DNA from: the human T2T-CHM13v2.0 reference genome, Homo sapiens
Length of the DNA stretch: 64,000 bases
Reading direction: 5' to 3' (one strand)
Assembly: GCF_009914755.1 (NCBI RefSeq)
Contig: NC_060932.1
Part shown: positions 14,756-29,184 of the stretch, piece by piece
Position numbering within the stretch: the first letter of the stretch is position 1
How the letters are laid out: every line of letters begins with the position of its first letter
Translations under genes and position numbers: made by a program
The notes under the pieces: model-generated
The model's input: the letters and a program-made list of their open reading frames with translations, nothing else
Database searches by the model: none
Told to the model about the DNA's origin: nothing

Positions 14756-15455
14756 CGGAGGGAGCATGCTGGCTGGTGCACGGCCGTAGGGGCTCCCCCA
14801 CTGGAGCTTGCCACCAGTCAGGCATGGTCAACTAGCTCAGAAGCTATGAGGCATACACCAGGGCACCTGAGACTGCTCTACAAGCAGGCACAGCCAGGCT
14901 GGGGCCTCAGGAGAGGCCAGACGATCGAGGGATGCTCAGGTCAAACCGGCCTCATCTAATGGGCAAGCCTGCCCTGCAGAGTTCAGGTCTGAAAGTTCCG
15001 CTAGGAATAACGTATCCTATGGGAGCCAGTCGAGCCTAGGCAGATAGCTGTCCCTGACGGTCCTCTGCTACAGACGCTCCCACACCAAATCCTCTGGTCT
15101 CCACATCAGCTGGCTTGCTGCCCCTACCACTTCTCTAGGCAGATCTCCCTGCCAACTTGAGTGCCTGTGGTGGTCAAGGGGTCTCTGCCTGCTGGGGTTC
15201 CAGAGGCCTGTGGCAAGAGTGGGTTGCTCCTTGCCACCCATTTCCCCAGAGCCGTTTGGGGTCAGGAACAAGTCACAGTGCACAGTAGCTCCATGTGGGG
15301 TTCCCAGCTTTCTCTCCTTTTGGTCCAGCTTCTGTGTCTTCCCTTTGTCCACTCTCAGTGCCTTCCCCTGAGGATCTATTAGGAGCACGCCAGTCATCTG
15401 GGTCAGTGGGAGCTGTTTCACCTGCCTGCATCTAGTTGGCCATCTTGCCCTCCCC
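14756..15455 (-). mobile_element. Isolated L1 5'UTR fragment (older L1PA/L1P4-like)
   Basis: GC-richer block ending gcatctagttggccatcttgccctccc, the reverse of the L1 start with YY1 motif caagatggcc. Confidence 0.65.
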
Positions 15456-16058
15456 AGACAAAAGTGGAACTTTTATATCTTTTTGGTAAAAATGCAAAAT
15501 GGTACAGTCACTATGACAAGCACTTTGACAGTTTCTCACAAAGTAAAGCATGCACTTACCAATTCCACTCATAGATAGCGACCAAAAAGAAGTGAAAATA
15601 TATATCCACATAAAAACTGAGAAATATGTAGTCAGTACATATCCACATATATGTACTTAAATGTTCATAGCAGCTTTATTCATAGTAGCCAGAAACAAAA
15701 ACCAATACAAATGTCATCGGCTGGTTAAGAAAAATAACACATCCATAGATTGGAATATTACTCAGAAATAAGAAGGAAAAACTATTGATATACTCAACAA
15801 CATCAATACATTTCTAAAGCGTTATGCTATGTTAAAGAAGTCATACACACAAGTGTACCTAAGGTTTAGGTCCATTTATGTAACATTGTGGAAAACGCAG
15901 AGCTATAAAGATAACAACTAAGTAGTTGCCAAGGATGGCAAGCCACCTAGGTGCAAAGGGGCCAAGGGAAATTTTCTGAGTGATGGGAATTTTCTATTTC
16001 ATGGGGTGGTGGGTATAAAATGGTATACATTTTTCGAAACTCATCAAAGTCTACACTT

Positions 16059-16384
<326 letters not shown>

Positions 16385-16794
16385 TTAAAATTTAATTGTA
16401 TGTAGACTTTAACTCAATAAAGCTGATTTAAACATTAATCCAGGCTGAAATTCTATAAAATTATAAATCTAAACCAAAGCACTATTTATGCATAACAATT
16501 TCCATGAGTGTTCACCTTTTATGTATTTGGTGTGGTCCTCTTCAAGTAAAGATTATGTAAATGATTTCAATTAAAAGTGATTGACATTAAACATTTGCTT
16601 TATGAGAAAACATAGGCAGTTTCTAGTCCTCCATTATTTTTCACTTCTATAGGTATCCAAATAATGACAATTTTTTTTTCATGTTTTCAAACCAATTGGA
16701 ACTCCTTTACAGATATGTGAGTAGAATCTAAGTAGAATCTTAGGTTCATTTGGTTTTTGAACTACAAGAAATCTTGGTCACCAACTAGTCCAAA

Positions 16795-16900
16795 GTTTTC
16801 CCTTTGTAGAAACTTAAAATCCAGAGAGGTTAAGGGTCATGTTCAGAGTAATATTGCTAATTACTCAAATAGCTCAGTCTAAAACCCAGTTCTGCGTGCT
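16795..16900 (-). mobile_element. MIR fragment
   Basis: gtagaaacttaaaatccagagaggttaagggtcatgttcagagt resembles the MIR core. Confidence 0.45.
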
Positions 16901-19574
16901 CCCTAGTTGACAATTTTTCATTGTATTCTTTCATAAAATATGACTATTTTTTGTCAATAACTTTAGTGGACTCCCCCTGCCCTCTGCTCATACATATGTT
17001 TTTAATTCAAGTGAAATCACATAACATAAAATTAACCATTTTTAAATGAGTGGACTCTTAAATCATTTTCATTTAGAAAAACTCTACCAGTAGTGAGTTT
17101 GTTTTGATCTTTTCTGCTCATGGTGCAGTGGCACAGTGAGTGAAGATTGTCTTATTCTTCCACAGATACCTAGTAAACATTTGCTTTTGTGGATGTGTCC
17201 TCCTAGTCTGGGACTTTCAGAACAAAATTACATTGTCCAGAATAGTGCTCTGTGCCTATTGCTCCTTCTGAGTAGTCTTTTGGGGTTAATATTCCATGTG
17301 GTGACCTTCCCTCACACCCTAGAATTTGGAATTATCTCATCTCCTTCTTGCAAAATATCTGCTTATTACCTCTGCTTCACATCAGTAAAGTTATAGATAA
17401 CCAACCTATACCATGGTAAAGATATGGGAATAGCTAGAACACTTGGTTCCTGACTCTGCTCCCCTTAATCCCTCGCTTAATCTAAAGCTGTAAGCACCTT
17501 CTACCAGTGGTAAGAGATTTAAGATCTGTAGGTCTAGGCTAACTCTGAAAGATTGTTTAATGCTATGCACTCAGAAGGTCGTGCCTATGTGCAGGCTGAA
17601 CATGTTACCTGCTCAATCTTTTTTATGTTCCCTGGATTTAGAAATAAGACTGCAATAGTTTACTCCTGGGATCTTCCTTTACAATCTCCAGAATTGAACG
17701 TGCTTGTTCTCTTTCATAGGAGTTGAAATGTTGATTTGGAGGTATGGGTGAATGCTTGCCATTTGACTATGCCCTCAAGCTGAATTGGAGGATCTTAGGA
17801 GATGAACATGTGACCTGTTGAACTGCTGGCAGTGGAAAACTAAAGTTATTCTTTCTCAGGAATAAAGGTCAGGAAGAGTCCTTACTCATTAATCCAACAA
17901 AAATCTGGAATTCACTTTAGGAAATTTAGAAAATTAGCCAAATGAAAAAAAAAGTGTGTATTTCTAATCTTTACATCCATGTAACTCTCATTTGTTCTAA
18001 CTCACATTGAGCTATCAAATTTTGTGGCAGGCTATAAACTTGTTGAGTCATTAGCCTGTCTGGTTAATGGAGGAAAACTAAATTCCTGTTCCTGCATAAT
18101 GACACTTATTCACTGTAGACATTTGCATCACTGGCAAACAATAAAACCTCATCCTTCATAATGAAGTTCTGGGCTGACAAAAAGGAAAATATAGTGTTGT
18201 GGGACAACTATGAATATAAAACAAGCTTAATAAAGAAATGGTGACAAATTATATTATGCAAAATGTAATGCAATAGAAAACGTTACTAATTCATTGGAAA
18301 TGTCATAAATAAACGAAATAGTTTTTGACTGTCAAGGACTTGAAAAATATATTCCCTTAAAAATGAGGTGCAGAAGAGATGTCAATTTAATTGCCATCAA
18401 ATTTTGACACGCTTGGAGATTCCTATATTCAGCTTATTTGCTAAATTTAGATACTTGCTCATGATGAAATGAAGAGAGGAGCACAATTAACCAGTTTGCT
18501 ATTTTATTGTTGATCTGGCAGGAAAGCTGTTAGCATACTTAGGCTACAGGATTGCTGTTTTTGTTTTAGATCAATATTTGCATTATGTTATAATCAGTTT
18601 AGACAATTGTGCCTTTACGAAGTAGGCAAAATTTTAGATTTTGTATGTGAACATTGAAAAAAGACATTTGTCAAATCTATAATATTACTAACCCTAAGTT
18701 GTAGCTTCTGGAAAAACTGTAGCCAGCTCTTCTTAATCAGTTTGACTGAGACTCTGGCTTAGAGTTGAAGGGCTCACATGCTAGAAGGCAATTATTTTTC
18801 TTCTTCTCATAGTGTATTTGCCACAGAATTGTCTACTGTTGTCACCAGTTGATACCTTACAAGTTTCTTTATTCTGATTTTACTCAGAGAGCATGCTCTC
18901 TCTCAGACATGCAGCCATCTTGCATAGATTTTTTTTCCTTTTGCATTTTTGTCTTTGTTCTGAAGACTCTTATCTGGGGCCTGGAGGAGCAGCTCAAAAG
19001 TAGAGAGATGACTTCAACATCTATGACATTTTGAAAAGCATTTCTGTTTTACTACTGGATCATCAGGAAAGAAAATATTATTTAGCCCAGCCCTGAGCCT
19101 TGCACAGATTCTTGCTCATATCTGCCAAGTATGGGGCCCCTACCCAACCAGAGCAAGAGTAACCATTAAGTCTGTCTTTTTATACTGATCATCATGCAGA
19201 ACTTAAAGAAGAAAGGACTCACCATTCAGCTTATGGTGCAATGCCTTTCTTCTCCCATGAAATCTCTATTTTAGTATGCTTTGTAATTAAACATGTGACT
19301 TATCCAGGATCTGTTCCTTACTGGGCTATGGTTGAGGGTTGAGATTGAATGCTCTGAGCATTCTACAGCAAAGATTCCACTGCTCATCAATCACAGCTTC
19401 CTTTCTTTCCTGTGGAGGCTTCTCAACATTGCCATAGATGCAGCTCCACCAATCCATTGGCATTGGCATGTAAGAGGCCACAAATTTGTCACTTGGCCCT
19501 AGAGAATAGGTTGTGGTTCTGTCATATATAATTTTTAATTCCCTGTGAAACCCTGGGTTGTCATTGATGTCTCT

Positions 19575-19705
19575 CATGTATATCATATATAGATAGATAG
19601 TATGTATGATATATATGAGATAAATATATGTATATATCATATTCATATATATGAATCATATGATATATGATATAATGATATATATGATCTAATGAAATAT
19701 ATATA
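19575..19705. repeat. Degenerate (TA)n/(GATAT)n low-complexity repeat
   Basis: Direct reading. Confidence 0.8.
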
Positions 19706-19989
19706 ATCCCATTTTGACTTTTCAAAAGTTGATACATATTTCCCAAAAAACAATTTAGAGTTTTTTTGTTGAATTTCCCACATTTGTTTTTAGCGCTTCT
19801 GAACATGTTTCTAAATTTATTCTTCACATTTCCATGTAATTTTCCTGTACCATTTGTTAGCGGTAGCTCAATCTTTATGCTGTTTTCCTTATAAAATCTC
19901 AGAAATGATTCTGGGTGAATTCATTATTAAAAATAATCGGTACATCAAGCTTTCCTGATTCTTTAATTATTATTTCAGCTATATATTTA

Positions 19990-21366
19990 ATGCAAATAGT
20001 TAAAATGAAAACTTGTTTGGTAAAAGACACTATTAAGAGAATGAAGAGACAAACTACAGACTAAGAGAAAAATATTTGCAAAACACATAACTAATAAAGG
20101 GTTTTTATATCCAAAACATACAAAGTAGTCTTAAAACTTAACAATAAGGAAACAAAAAATTCTATTTAAAAAATGGGCAAAAGAGCTGAACAGACATCTA
20201 ATTGTAGAAGATAGCAAATACACATCTGAAAATATGCTGAACATAATTATTCATTAGAGAAATGTAAATTAAAAGAACAAGGTACCACAGCACACCTATT
20301 AGAATGGCCAAAATCCAAAACACTTATAATATCAAATATGGGCAGGATGTAGAGCAACAGAAACTCTCATTCATTGCTGGTGGGAATGCAAAATGGTACA
20401 GCCACTTTGGAAGGCAGTTGGACGGTTTAGCTTCTCTTCCAAAGCTAAACATGATGGGTAGCATATGATTCAGCCGTTGCATTCCCAGGTATTTACCCAA
20501 ATATGTTGAAAATTTATGTCCTCCCATATATCTGCACACAAATATTTATAGTAGTTTTAGTCACAATTACCAGAATGTGGAAGCAATCAAGATGCCCTTC
20601 ATAGGTGATCAGAGAAACAAACCATGGTAAATCCATACAGTGGATTCTTATTCAGTGCTTAAAAGAACTAAATTATCAAACCCTAAAAAGGCATAGAGAA
20701 ACTTTTAATGCGCATTACTGAGTGAAATAAGCCAATCTGAACATTCCATATACCACAAGATTTTAGCAAAATAATATTCTGGAAAAGGCAAAACTGCAGC
20801 AACAGTAAAAGAATCAATGGTTGCCAAGGTTTTTGGAAGAGGAAGAGAGGATTAAAGCAATGGAACACAGGGGACTTTTTAATGAAGTTAAAATGTTCCA
20901 TATAAGAAAATTTGTAGGTAGACATTAAGATGAAGCTGGCAGAAATTTCTTTCATCTATAGGCTCTTATAGGTCCTTAGAAGTAAACAGCCCTGAAAAGT
21001 AAAAGAAGCTTTCTAGCTGAATGGTTCATTATGTATTGCGTTCTTTCACTGAATAGAAAATGTTAGCAGAAAAAAGAGTTTGTAAGCAGACAAACAATAA
21101 TGGTAGTTATTTATAATGGTAGATACATGAAGTTATACATTTGTCAAAACCTATAGAACTGTAAAAAACAGAGAACTTATAAGTGATTAACTTTAGTTAA
21201 TAATTACGGCTCACCAATTATAACAAGTGTCCCATACTAATACAAGATGTTAATAAAATGGAAACTGTGCATAGGTGAGTGGCGAGAGGTGGTGTACAAG
21301 AACTCTGTGTGCTTTCTGCTCAATTTTTCTGTAAACCTAAAACTCCTCTAAAAAAGCCTATTAAAA
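19990..21366 (+). mobile_element. L1MC-like 3' fragment
   Basis: ORF2 C-terminal text (tgctggtgggaatgcaaaatggtacagccactttggaa) and L1MC 3'UTR ending tctgctcaatttttctgtaaacctaaaact. Confidence 0.75.
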
Positions 21367-21964
21367 ATGATGATAACCCGAAATAATTATTATATTAATT
21401 TCTCTTGATTCTGTGATTATTATTCCAGCTATTTCTCTCCGGTGTTCTCTTTTATTTTTATTTACCTAGTACATTTTGACTTATTTTTAAGCTGTAAATT
21501 TGTATTCACAAAACCATATATTTTTAGTGTTCCTAAATATTGTGTGGATATCCTGTATTCTAGGCTCTAAGAACTTTCATCCTAATTACTTGTAGTTTCA
21601 CATATGCAGTACACAACTGTGACAATATGACTTAGATACATAAAATATTTATAAAGGATATGGAATCAGAACATATCAAGCAACTGTAATTGACTTCACC
21701 CTTTAGTTTCATATCAGATTGCGAATTGTCCTAAGAGATTGAAGCAAAGTGATGTGTAATCATGAGTGATTGATTGGAAATCATTAAGTATGGAATGGCA
21801 TGCTAGGGAGCTGCCATCCCAACAAAACTAGTCTGTGAGTTGAGCTGATGGCAATGGTTAGCTCTGTTTCTAGTGTACAAAGTCTGACCCTCAAAGAGCT
21901 CATGAAAATTATGATTCCACATACTGTGAAGTAAGTGGCATAATCATTGCCTGTTGGATAACCA

Positions 21965-22195
21965 TAGCTAACATTTGAGTACTTACACATCAGGCGCTGA
22001 CAGAGGGCACAGCATGGATCAATCATTTAATCTTCACAATAGTCCTATGAGGCAGATGCTCATATTCCCACTTTACAGAAGACAAATCTGAGTCATGCAG
22101 ATTAAGTTATTTGCCCAAACTTTCAGAACTAAATAAAGGGTAGAACACCAATTTGAATTTGGGCAGACTGACTCTGATGTGCGTGCTCTTCTCTA
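21965..22195 (-). mobile_element. MIR
   Basis: tcatttaatcttcacaatagtcctatgaggcag...cccactttacagaagac...aagttatttgcccaa. Confidence 0.75.
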
Positions 22196-23706
22196 CTGCT
22201 CTTCCAAATAATAGAAAGTATGGCCCCAGAGGGTTAAGCTTTAGATGCCTAAATTACATAGCCTAGTTTGTCTTTTAACTTTGGACATTTAATCTTCAAA
22301 GCACTTCGTTTAATGTTTCTATGTTTCTCCATAAAAGGCCCAATTTAAGAGGAGCACTTACATGACTGTACTCCTGAAAGAAAAGCAAGATCACAAGATA
22401 CTGCTGAGAAAAGCCAGCAAGATTGTGGGGTAGCTAAACAAACACGTGGGAATCATGACTATAAAAAAAACACCAAAAAAACTACTTATTTATTGGTCAA
22501 AGCTACTGTTTTGGTTAATACTTCAAAAATGATTTCTGGTGAATTTTAGTTTTTCAAATGTATTCTTTGCAAACTGCTATATATTCTGAAGTTTTACTAG
22601 ATTCCTAGTTATATATCAGACAAATATATCTGGCAGAAACCTTTTCATAAGACGGAAGAGATTGAAATTCTTTTTCATGATAAATTGAAAGAACTGAAAA
22701 ACAACCTGGAACAAATACTGCAACTTTTTTTTTATTGTTTAAAGTTCACAGAATTCTAAATGTAATCAATCTTCTTACCACTCTTGCAGCATACAAAACA
22801 CACACTGAAATGTGGAGGTGGCCATTCTAAAAAAGGCTGGAAGATCCTATGAAATAAATGAATAGCACAGTCTTTGTGCAGTTATTTTCACTTTCTTGTC
22901 TTAAAATGTGTAACGGGGGTAAAGTTATATGTATCAACTCCCTGCAATTTACTTGAGTTGAGTTATAAGTATTTTAAATGGCAAGAGAGATGCAAAACTG
23001 TAAAGATACCAAGCCATTTTACAGAAGATGGCCATTACCATAAATTTTAAAACTTATGAACACATACTCTTAAGAATGATTTTGGAACTAAAAATGACAA
23101 GAATTTTTCTCCTCTTTTGTGAGTGAATGGATAAGAACATTTTGAATATTAAAGAAAAGAAGTGTTTAGAAGGCTAAATGAGAGGGAAGTGAGATTATAG
23201 CAAGTTGGTGATTAGAGAATAGACAGCCTACTCTAAGGCTTTTTCTCCACCTACCACAAAAGATCTATTCTAGACTTATGTTGGCTATAATTTTTTATTA
23301 AGTTAATCATCCTTGGTGTTCATAGTACAAGACACTATATTAATGCACCTAATATAATGTGCACTCATAATGAATGCTCTGTAAATTTATCTGGGGAGAA
23401 ACTGAAAAGTTGCTTTGGGGATGAAAGCATATAGAAGGCTTATTAGAAAGAAGAAGAAGAAGGCTTATTATTTGTCTCCTAATTATATGTTGTTTGGAAC
23501 AATAAGACAGTATTTTTAAAAACTGCATATTCAGAAAAAAACTAGGCTGCTAAAAAAGTGTAGAGTTTGACCCAGATGACTCATTAGTTATAAAGCTGAA
23601 TCCATAATGGGTAGCAAGTTTAGACAGATTTAAAGTGGTTTAATCCTGAGGGTAAATTGGAAAAGAAAACCAAGAAAATAGAGGCTGCACAAAATAAGTC
23701 AAACTG

Positions 23707-24057
<351 letters not shown>

Positions 24058-25744
24058 TTACTAAAATTAAATGAGTATGCTGAAAAAACACATTTCGTAT
24101 TGTTATTACCTATAAAATTATACAGCATTATATATAACATTTATTGTGTATATATGGTTAAATTTTCAGTGGACTCATGAATGAAATTAAAGACAGATGT
24201 GTACACAAGTTAAAGTATGGAAAAATGGTACCTGGAAAAATGTTAAACACAATTATAGCTCAGTTATGTTAAGCCTATACTGTATTTGCACAATATCTAT
24301 ATTTCGATTACTCCAAAGTGCTTTTTAACTGAATAGCATGATCCACTTTACTCATGCATAACTGGAAACTGGAACACCTGTGACTTGGCCCAATTTACAT
24401 GGAAAGTGATTGAAATTTTCCTGGTCGAATGAATTGTTATAGTCAAAATTTACTTCTGGCAGCTGCTTGTTCTCTCTCCCTGGGGGTATAGGAGTCACAA
24501 GAAAGATTTCTGAGCCATTGCTAAGCCTCCCACAACTTACTTACTCACTGCAAATCTAAGTTCTCTATAATAGCCCACATTTTGGCTCAACAGATGTCAA
24601 CTCCTTTTGCCTTTCACAGCCTGAATTTTCTGGCCTTTCACATAACATGTCAAAATACCAGAATTTGCTGTCATTTACTGTTTGAATGCTGACAACGCGT
24701 CCATTCAAAGCAGATGGGCAGCATAGCTCCTGCTAATGGAATGACCATCTAAATGGAAGATGCCTGGAAAAAGTAGAGCCCTCACTGCTGGAGGTGGTTG
24801 GCTTCTGGTTTCACTATTTCCAGCTTTAAACTACTTTTCGTCTTTCTTCAAGGAGGAGTAGAGGCAGTTTTGTGCTCTACCAAGCAATCGTGTGCACTAA
24901 ACAGTGAAAAATATTAAATACGTGAACTCAAATGCCTTGCAATGTAAATGTCATCTGAATGGGCTGAAGTGGAAGAAGAAAGCAAGTTGTTTAGTGAGAC
25001 AAGCAGTAATAAGAAAAACAAACCAGCTCTCTTTTGTCTTCTTTCTCTTTATTGTTTTGTTTTCACTAAATACATTTATTAACTCACGTACAATACTCTG
25101 GACTATTTTACTATTACTTTTACCTACTTAAAAAACTGAAAGAATCAAATTGTACAGTTCTACCTGTTTTGACAGGAATGTAAGCTTTCTGCACAGCTCT
25201 CTGGGAGATCCTAAAGTACCAATATTATCCTGTATGATATGGTATCTTATAAAATAGTTACTGGAACAACTCTCTGACTGCTAACAATATTCACGGTCTA
25301 TCCTATGTAAAAAATCCTTATAAAATCAGGAAAAGAAAGCACCAGCAATTTTTGCTGTGGTGTTCAGCCCCTGGGGATTTGGAATGCCTAAGTTGACTGT
25401 CACTTTTACTTTTTTCCCTTCCAAAATGTATTCTTGTTGGGGTCTGTTGTGACATGTGCAATATCACCTTAATCTCTACATCACCACTTCTAGCATGAAG
25501 ACTTTGCTCTTCAAAGAGAAATAACTACATTGCTATTGAAAACAAAATTACATTAGTTCAGAAGACTGAGCCCTGTGAGCCTGCCCTGGTGTATATCAAC
25601 TTTGAGGAAAAATCAGATATTGGTCATTTGATTTGGAATAAGATGGTTTTGGTAGAAAAAGACAATTTTAGGATATGCCAGGAAAAATATGCTACTTGTT
25701 GTTATTTTCTTTAATAATAGAACAAGTTCTACTAAAAAATATAA

Positions 25745-26122
<378 letters not shown>

Positions 26123-26389
26123 TAGATTGGAAGGTACACATTAACTGAATGAGCATCAACATATATGAGGGGTTAGTGTTGTATTTCCCTTTGTTTTCTC
26201 ATGCCTCCACATAATGTCTGATTTATAATAGATTTTTATTAAATCTATTTAATAATTAATTCATATTGGATCTTTACTCAGTGATTGAAAATATTGAGCT
26301 TCTCACCATATCTTTGTGTGTCCTGACTCATCTCTTTGTGGATGCTTTTCCTGATTTTCCCAAGTTTCTGCGTGGAAAATTTCCATTTA

Positions 26390-26545
26390 GGAATCCATTT
26401 ATACTCTTTTAGTTATTAAAAAATGTACAATTAAATTATTATTGACTATAGTCACCCTGTTGTGCTATCAAATACCAGATCTTATTCATTCTTTCTATAT
26501 TTTTGGACCCATTAACCATCTCCATGTCCCCACATCCCCACTCTT
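26390..26545 (-). mobile_element. L1MA 3'UTR fragment
   Basis: aatgtacaattaaattattattgactatagtcaccctgttgtgctatcaaat, homologous to 34504-34555. Confidence 0.7.
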
Positions 26546-27499
26546 GATTAATTCTAGAACCACTAGGATTCATTTAAGACTCCATATTTGACCATGAACC
26601 ACACCATGTGCTGGGAAATCATTTGGGGTTGTAGCTATTTGTGATATGTATAACATAATAAGAAATAGAAATACTTTTTCAAGCACCAAAGAATAGGAAG
26701 TTTCTATCTCCTACGGCCTGTGTCCCTCAGGTAAAAAGGGAAAACGACTCATGGCTTCACATGCAGTAATGAATGCTTTCTGCAAATGGGCTAAGTGCCA
26801 CCGTTAGTCTACCAAAAAGGCAGGTGCGTCTTCAGCAATCTAGAATGATTGTCTTTATGTTGGGTTCTCTGTGGTATTAATCAATTTTCTCTAAAATTCT
26901 AATCTCTCCAAATTTGTCAAAATCAGCTGTTTTGAAGTTAAAAAAGAAACTGAAAATGTTCTCCTTATTCCAATAGTAAATCTATGCTGCAAGACATAAT
27001 TTATTAATGTATCACATTAACACTTCATAATATATTCATGTTTGCAAGCAGGATGTTTAATCATATAAATTCCTGTCTATTCAAGTTCTGTTTATAGTGA
27101 AACAAAAATGAGAACAGCAATCACAATGAGCTTATGCAATGCCATTAATATAATGATTTTGGTTATTATATTATTTATTATTTATTGAGTTCTGGATGTT
27201 CTGATAATTAAAGTATGATATACAAAAATAGCAAAACTTCAGCTAATACTCTAAACACTTCATTCTCCAGTGTTGACGCTCCTCAGGATTAAGGTCTATT
27301 TTGATAATTTATTGAGGAAAAATAGTGAGTCTGCATCAGATTTGGTGGTGATGGTAGGAAAAAAACCCTGGAAATTATTTTCCTTATTGCCCTAGCCCCC
27401 ACCCTATTCCCTATTTTAAATTTTTCTCTCAAGGCCAGATCCAGGTTTTGTAGGACCTTAAGTTCATATGATTTTGAGATCCTTCTTGAAGAAGAATAC

Positions 27500-27857
27500 T
27501 CTGTCTATCTGCTGAGGCTTCCATAACAAAATATCACAGACTGGGTGGCTTAAACAACATAATTTTTTTCTCACAGTTCTGGAGGCTGGAAGTCCAAGAT
27601 CAAGGTAGGATTGGTGTCTGGCGAGGCTTGTCTTCCTGGCTTGTAGATGGCCACCTTCTCTCTGTGTCCTCACGTGGTCTTTTCTCTGTGCATGTGCTCT
27701 TTGGTATCCCTCCCTTTTCTTTGAAACCAGTCGTGGCAGATCAGAGGGCCATACGTATGATCTTATTTCACCCTAATCACCTTCTTGTGTGATTGGGGCT
27801 TAGGGCTTGAGCCTATGGATTTTAGAGGGAAGAGGGGACACAATTCAGTCCATAATA
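27500..27857 (-). mobile_element. MLT1A/B-type MaLR solo LTR
   Basis: ccataacaaaatatcacagactgggtggcttaaacaac...ctcacagttctggaggctggaagtccaagatcaagg; ends acacaattcagtccata. Confidence 0.8.
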
Positions 27858-27992
27858 AATACAAACTCCTGAACACAAAAGTGGATTCACGAAAATAAAA
27901 GTGAATATTTGTTCAAAATAAGAAAAGAAATTGTAACGAATTGCTGGAGGCTTGGAGTTTTAATGCCATTCTGCTGAGTTCTCTTTAGGAAG

Positions 27993-28340
27993 TTGCGTTA
28001 GTCTGTCTTGTGTTGTTATAAAGAAGTACCTGAGGCTGGGTAATTTATAAAGAAAATAGGTTTATTTTGGCTTATGGCTTTGTAGACTGTCTAAAAAATG
28101 CAGCCTCAACATCTGTTTCTGTGGCAAGAAGGGTAGCAAGAGCGAGAAGAGGGAGGTCCCAGATTCTTTTAAAAAACGAGATCTTGCCTGAACTAATTAC
28201 TAAGGGGAGGGCACCAAGTCATTCAACAAGGATCTGCCTCCATGATCTACATGATCTAAACACTTCTCACTAGGCCCCACCTCTAACACTGGGGATCACA
28301 TTTCAACATGGCCTATAGAGAGGACAAGCATCTATACCAT
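27993..28340 (-). mobile_element. MST-type MaLR solo LTR (internally deleted)
   Basis: ttagtctg...acctgaggctgggtaatttataaagaaa; taggccccacctctaacactggggatcacatttcaacatg. Confidence 0.8.
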
Positions 28341-29184
28341 TTTAGTAGTTTTCCAGAAATACTTATTTAGAAATGCTACCTGAATGTGACCCGTCCTCCT
28401 CCTCTCCTGGAAACTCCACAAGCTGCAGCCAGAGGGACTAGTGCTAATGGGAGCCCTGAGGCTGAAGCTGTTTGCTTCTTTGGTATATCCAATTCTGCAT
28501 GTTAGAGATGAGCTAATCTCTGACTTCAGTTTAGGGGAAATAAAGAGAGGAAAGAAAGAAAACATAAGGGGAAAGGAATTTGGGAAACTGGGACTGGGGG
28601 CTTGTATCTGCTCCTTAGTTAGTACCATTTTCTCTAGCTCCTCCTACCTCATCACTGAAGTTCTGACTCTGACCCTAGTGGTGAATCTAAAAAGGGCACA
28701 GCTGCCATTTCCATGTTATCACAAATAAAGAGAATGGCGGTTAAGTTAGTTGGTACAGGATTCACGGTTTATTTTTATTTACTTTCATCTGTGACCAAAG
28801 ATTTCTATTTGGTGCCAGAACTCTTCAAAGCAGCCAGAATTGCGCGTAATGCCAGATACTGTTGTCACTAGAACCAGGTAAAACTTGGACAACCCTGAAG
28901 GAATTGGCTAACTGACAGGTTTTTATTAGAGCCACAATAATGAATGATACCACTGTGCTAAATAAGTCACATTCTTCCACTTTTTCTTATAATTATCTTC
29001 TGACTTTTATGTATTTCTTACCTCAGCTACATCTGAGGAGCTACTATTTTGCACAAAATTTTTGGTTAATTTACTTTGATTATTTTCTTTCACTAAATTG
29101 ACCAGTTGTTGCATGGACATTATCAAACTGTTAAGTGGTTTTGCTGTCCAGCCTTAATATATTTGGTTTCATTCAATATGAATT

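Noticed and set aside
17170-17318. Possible minus-strand exon (ttctag...tag|gtatct)
   Set aside because: Weak polypyrimidine tract and donor; such pairs are expected by chance
18886-18901. 16-bp palindrome agagagcatgctctct
   Set aside because: Low-complexity GA/TC arms; plausible by chance
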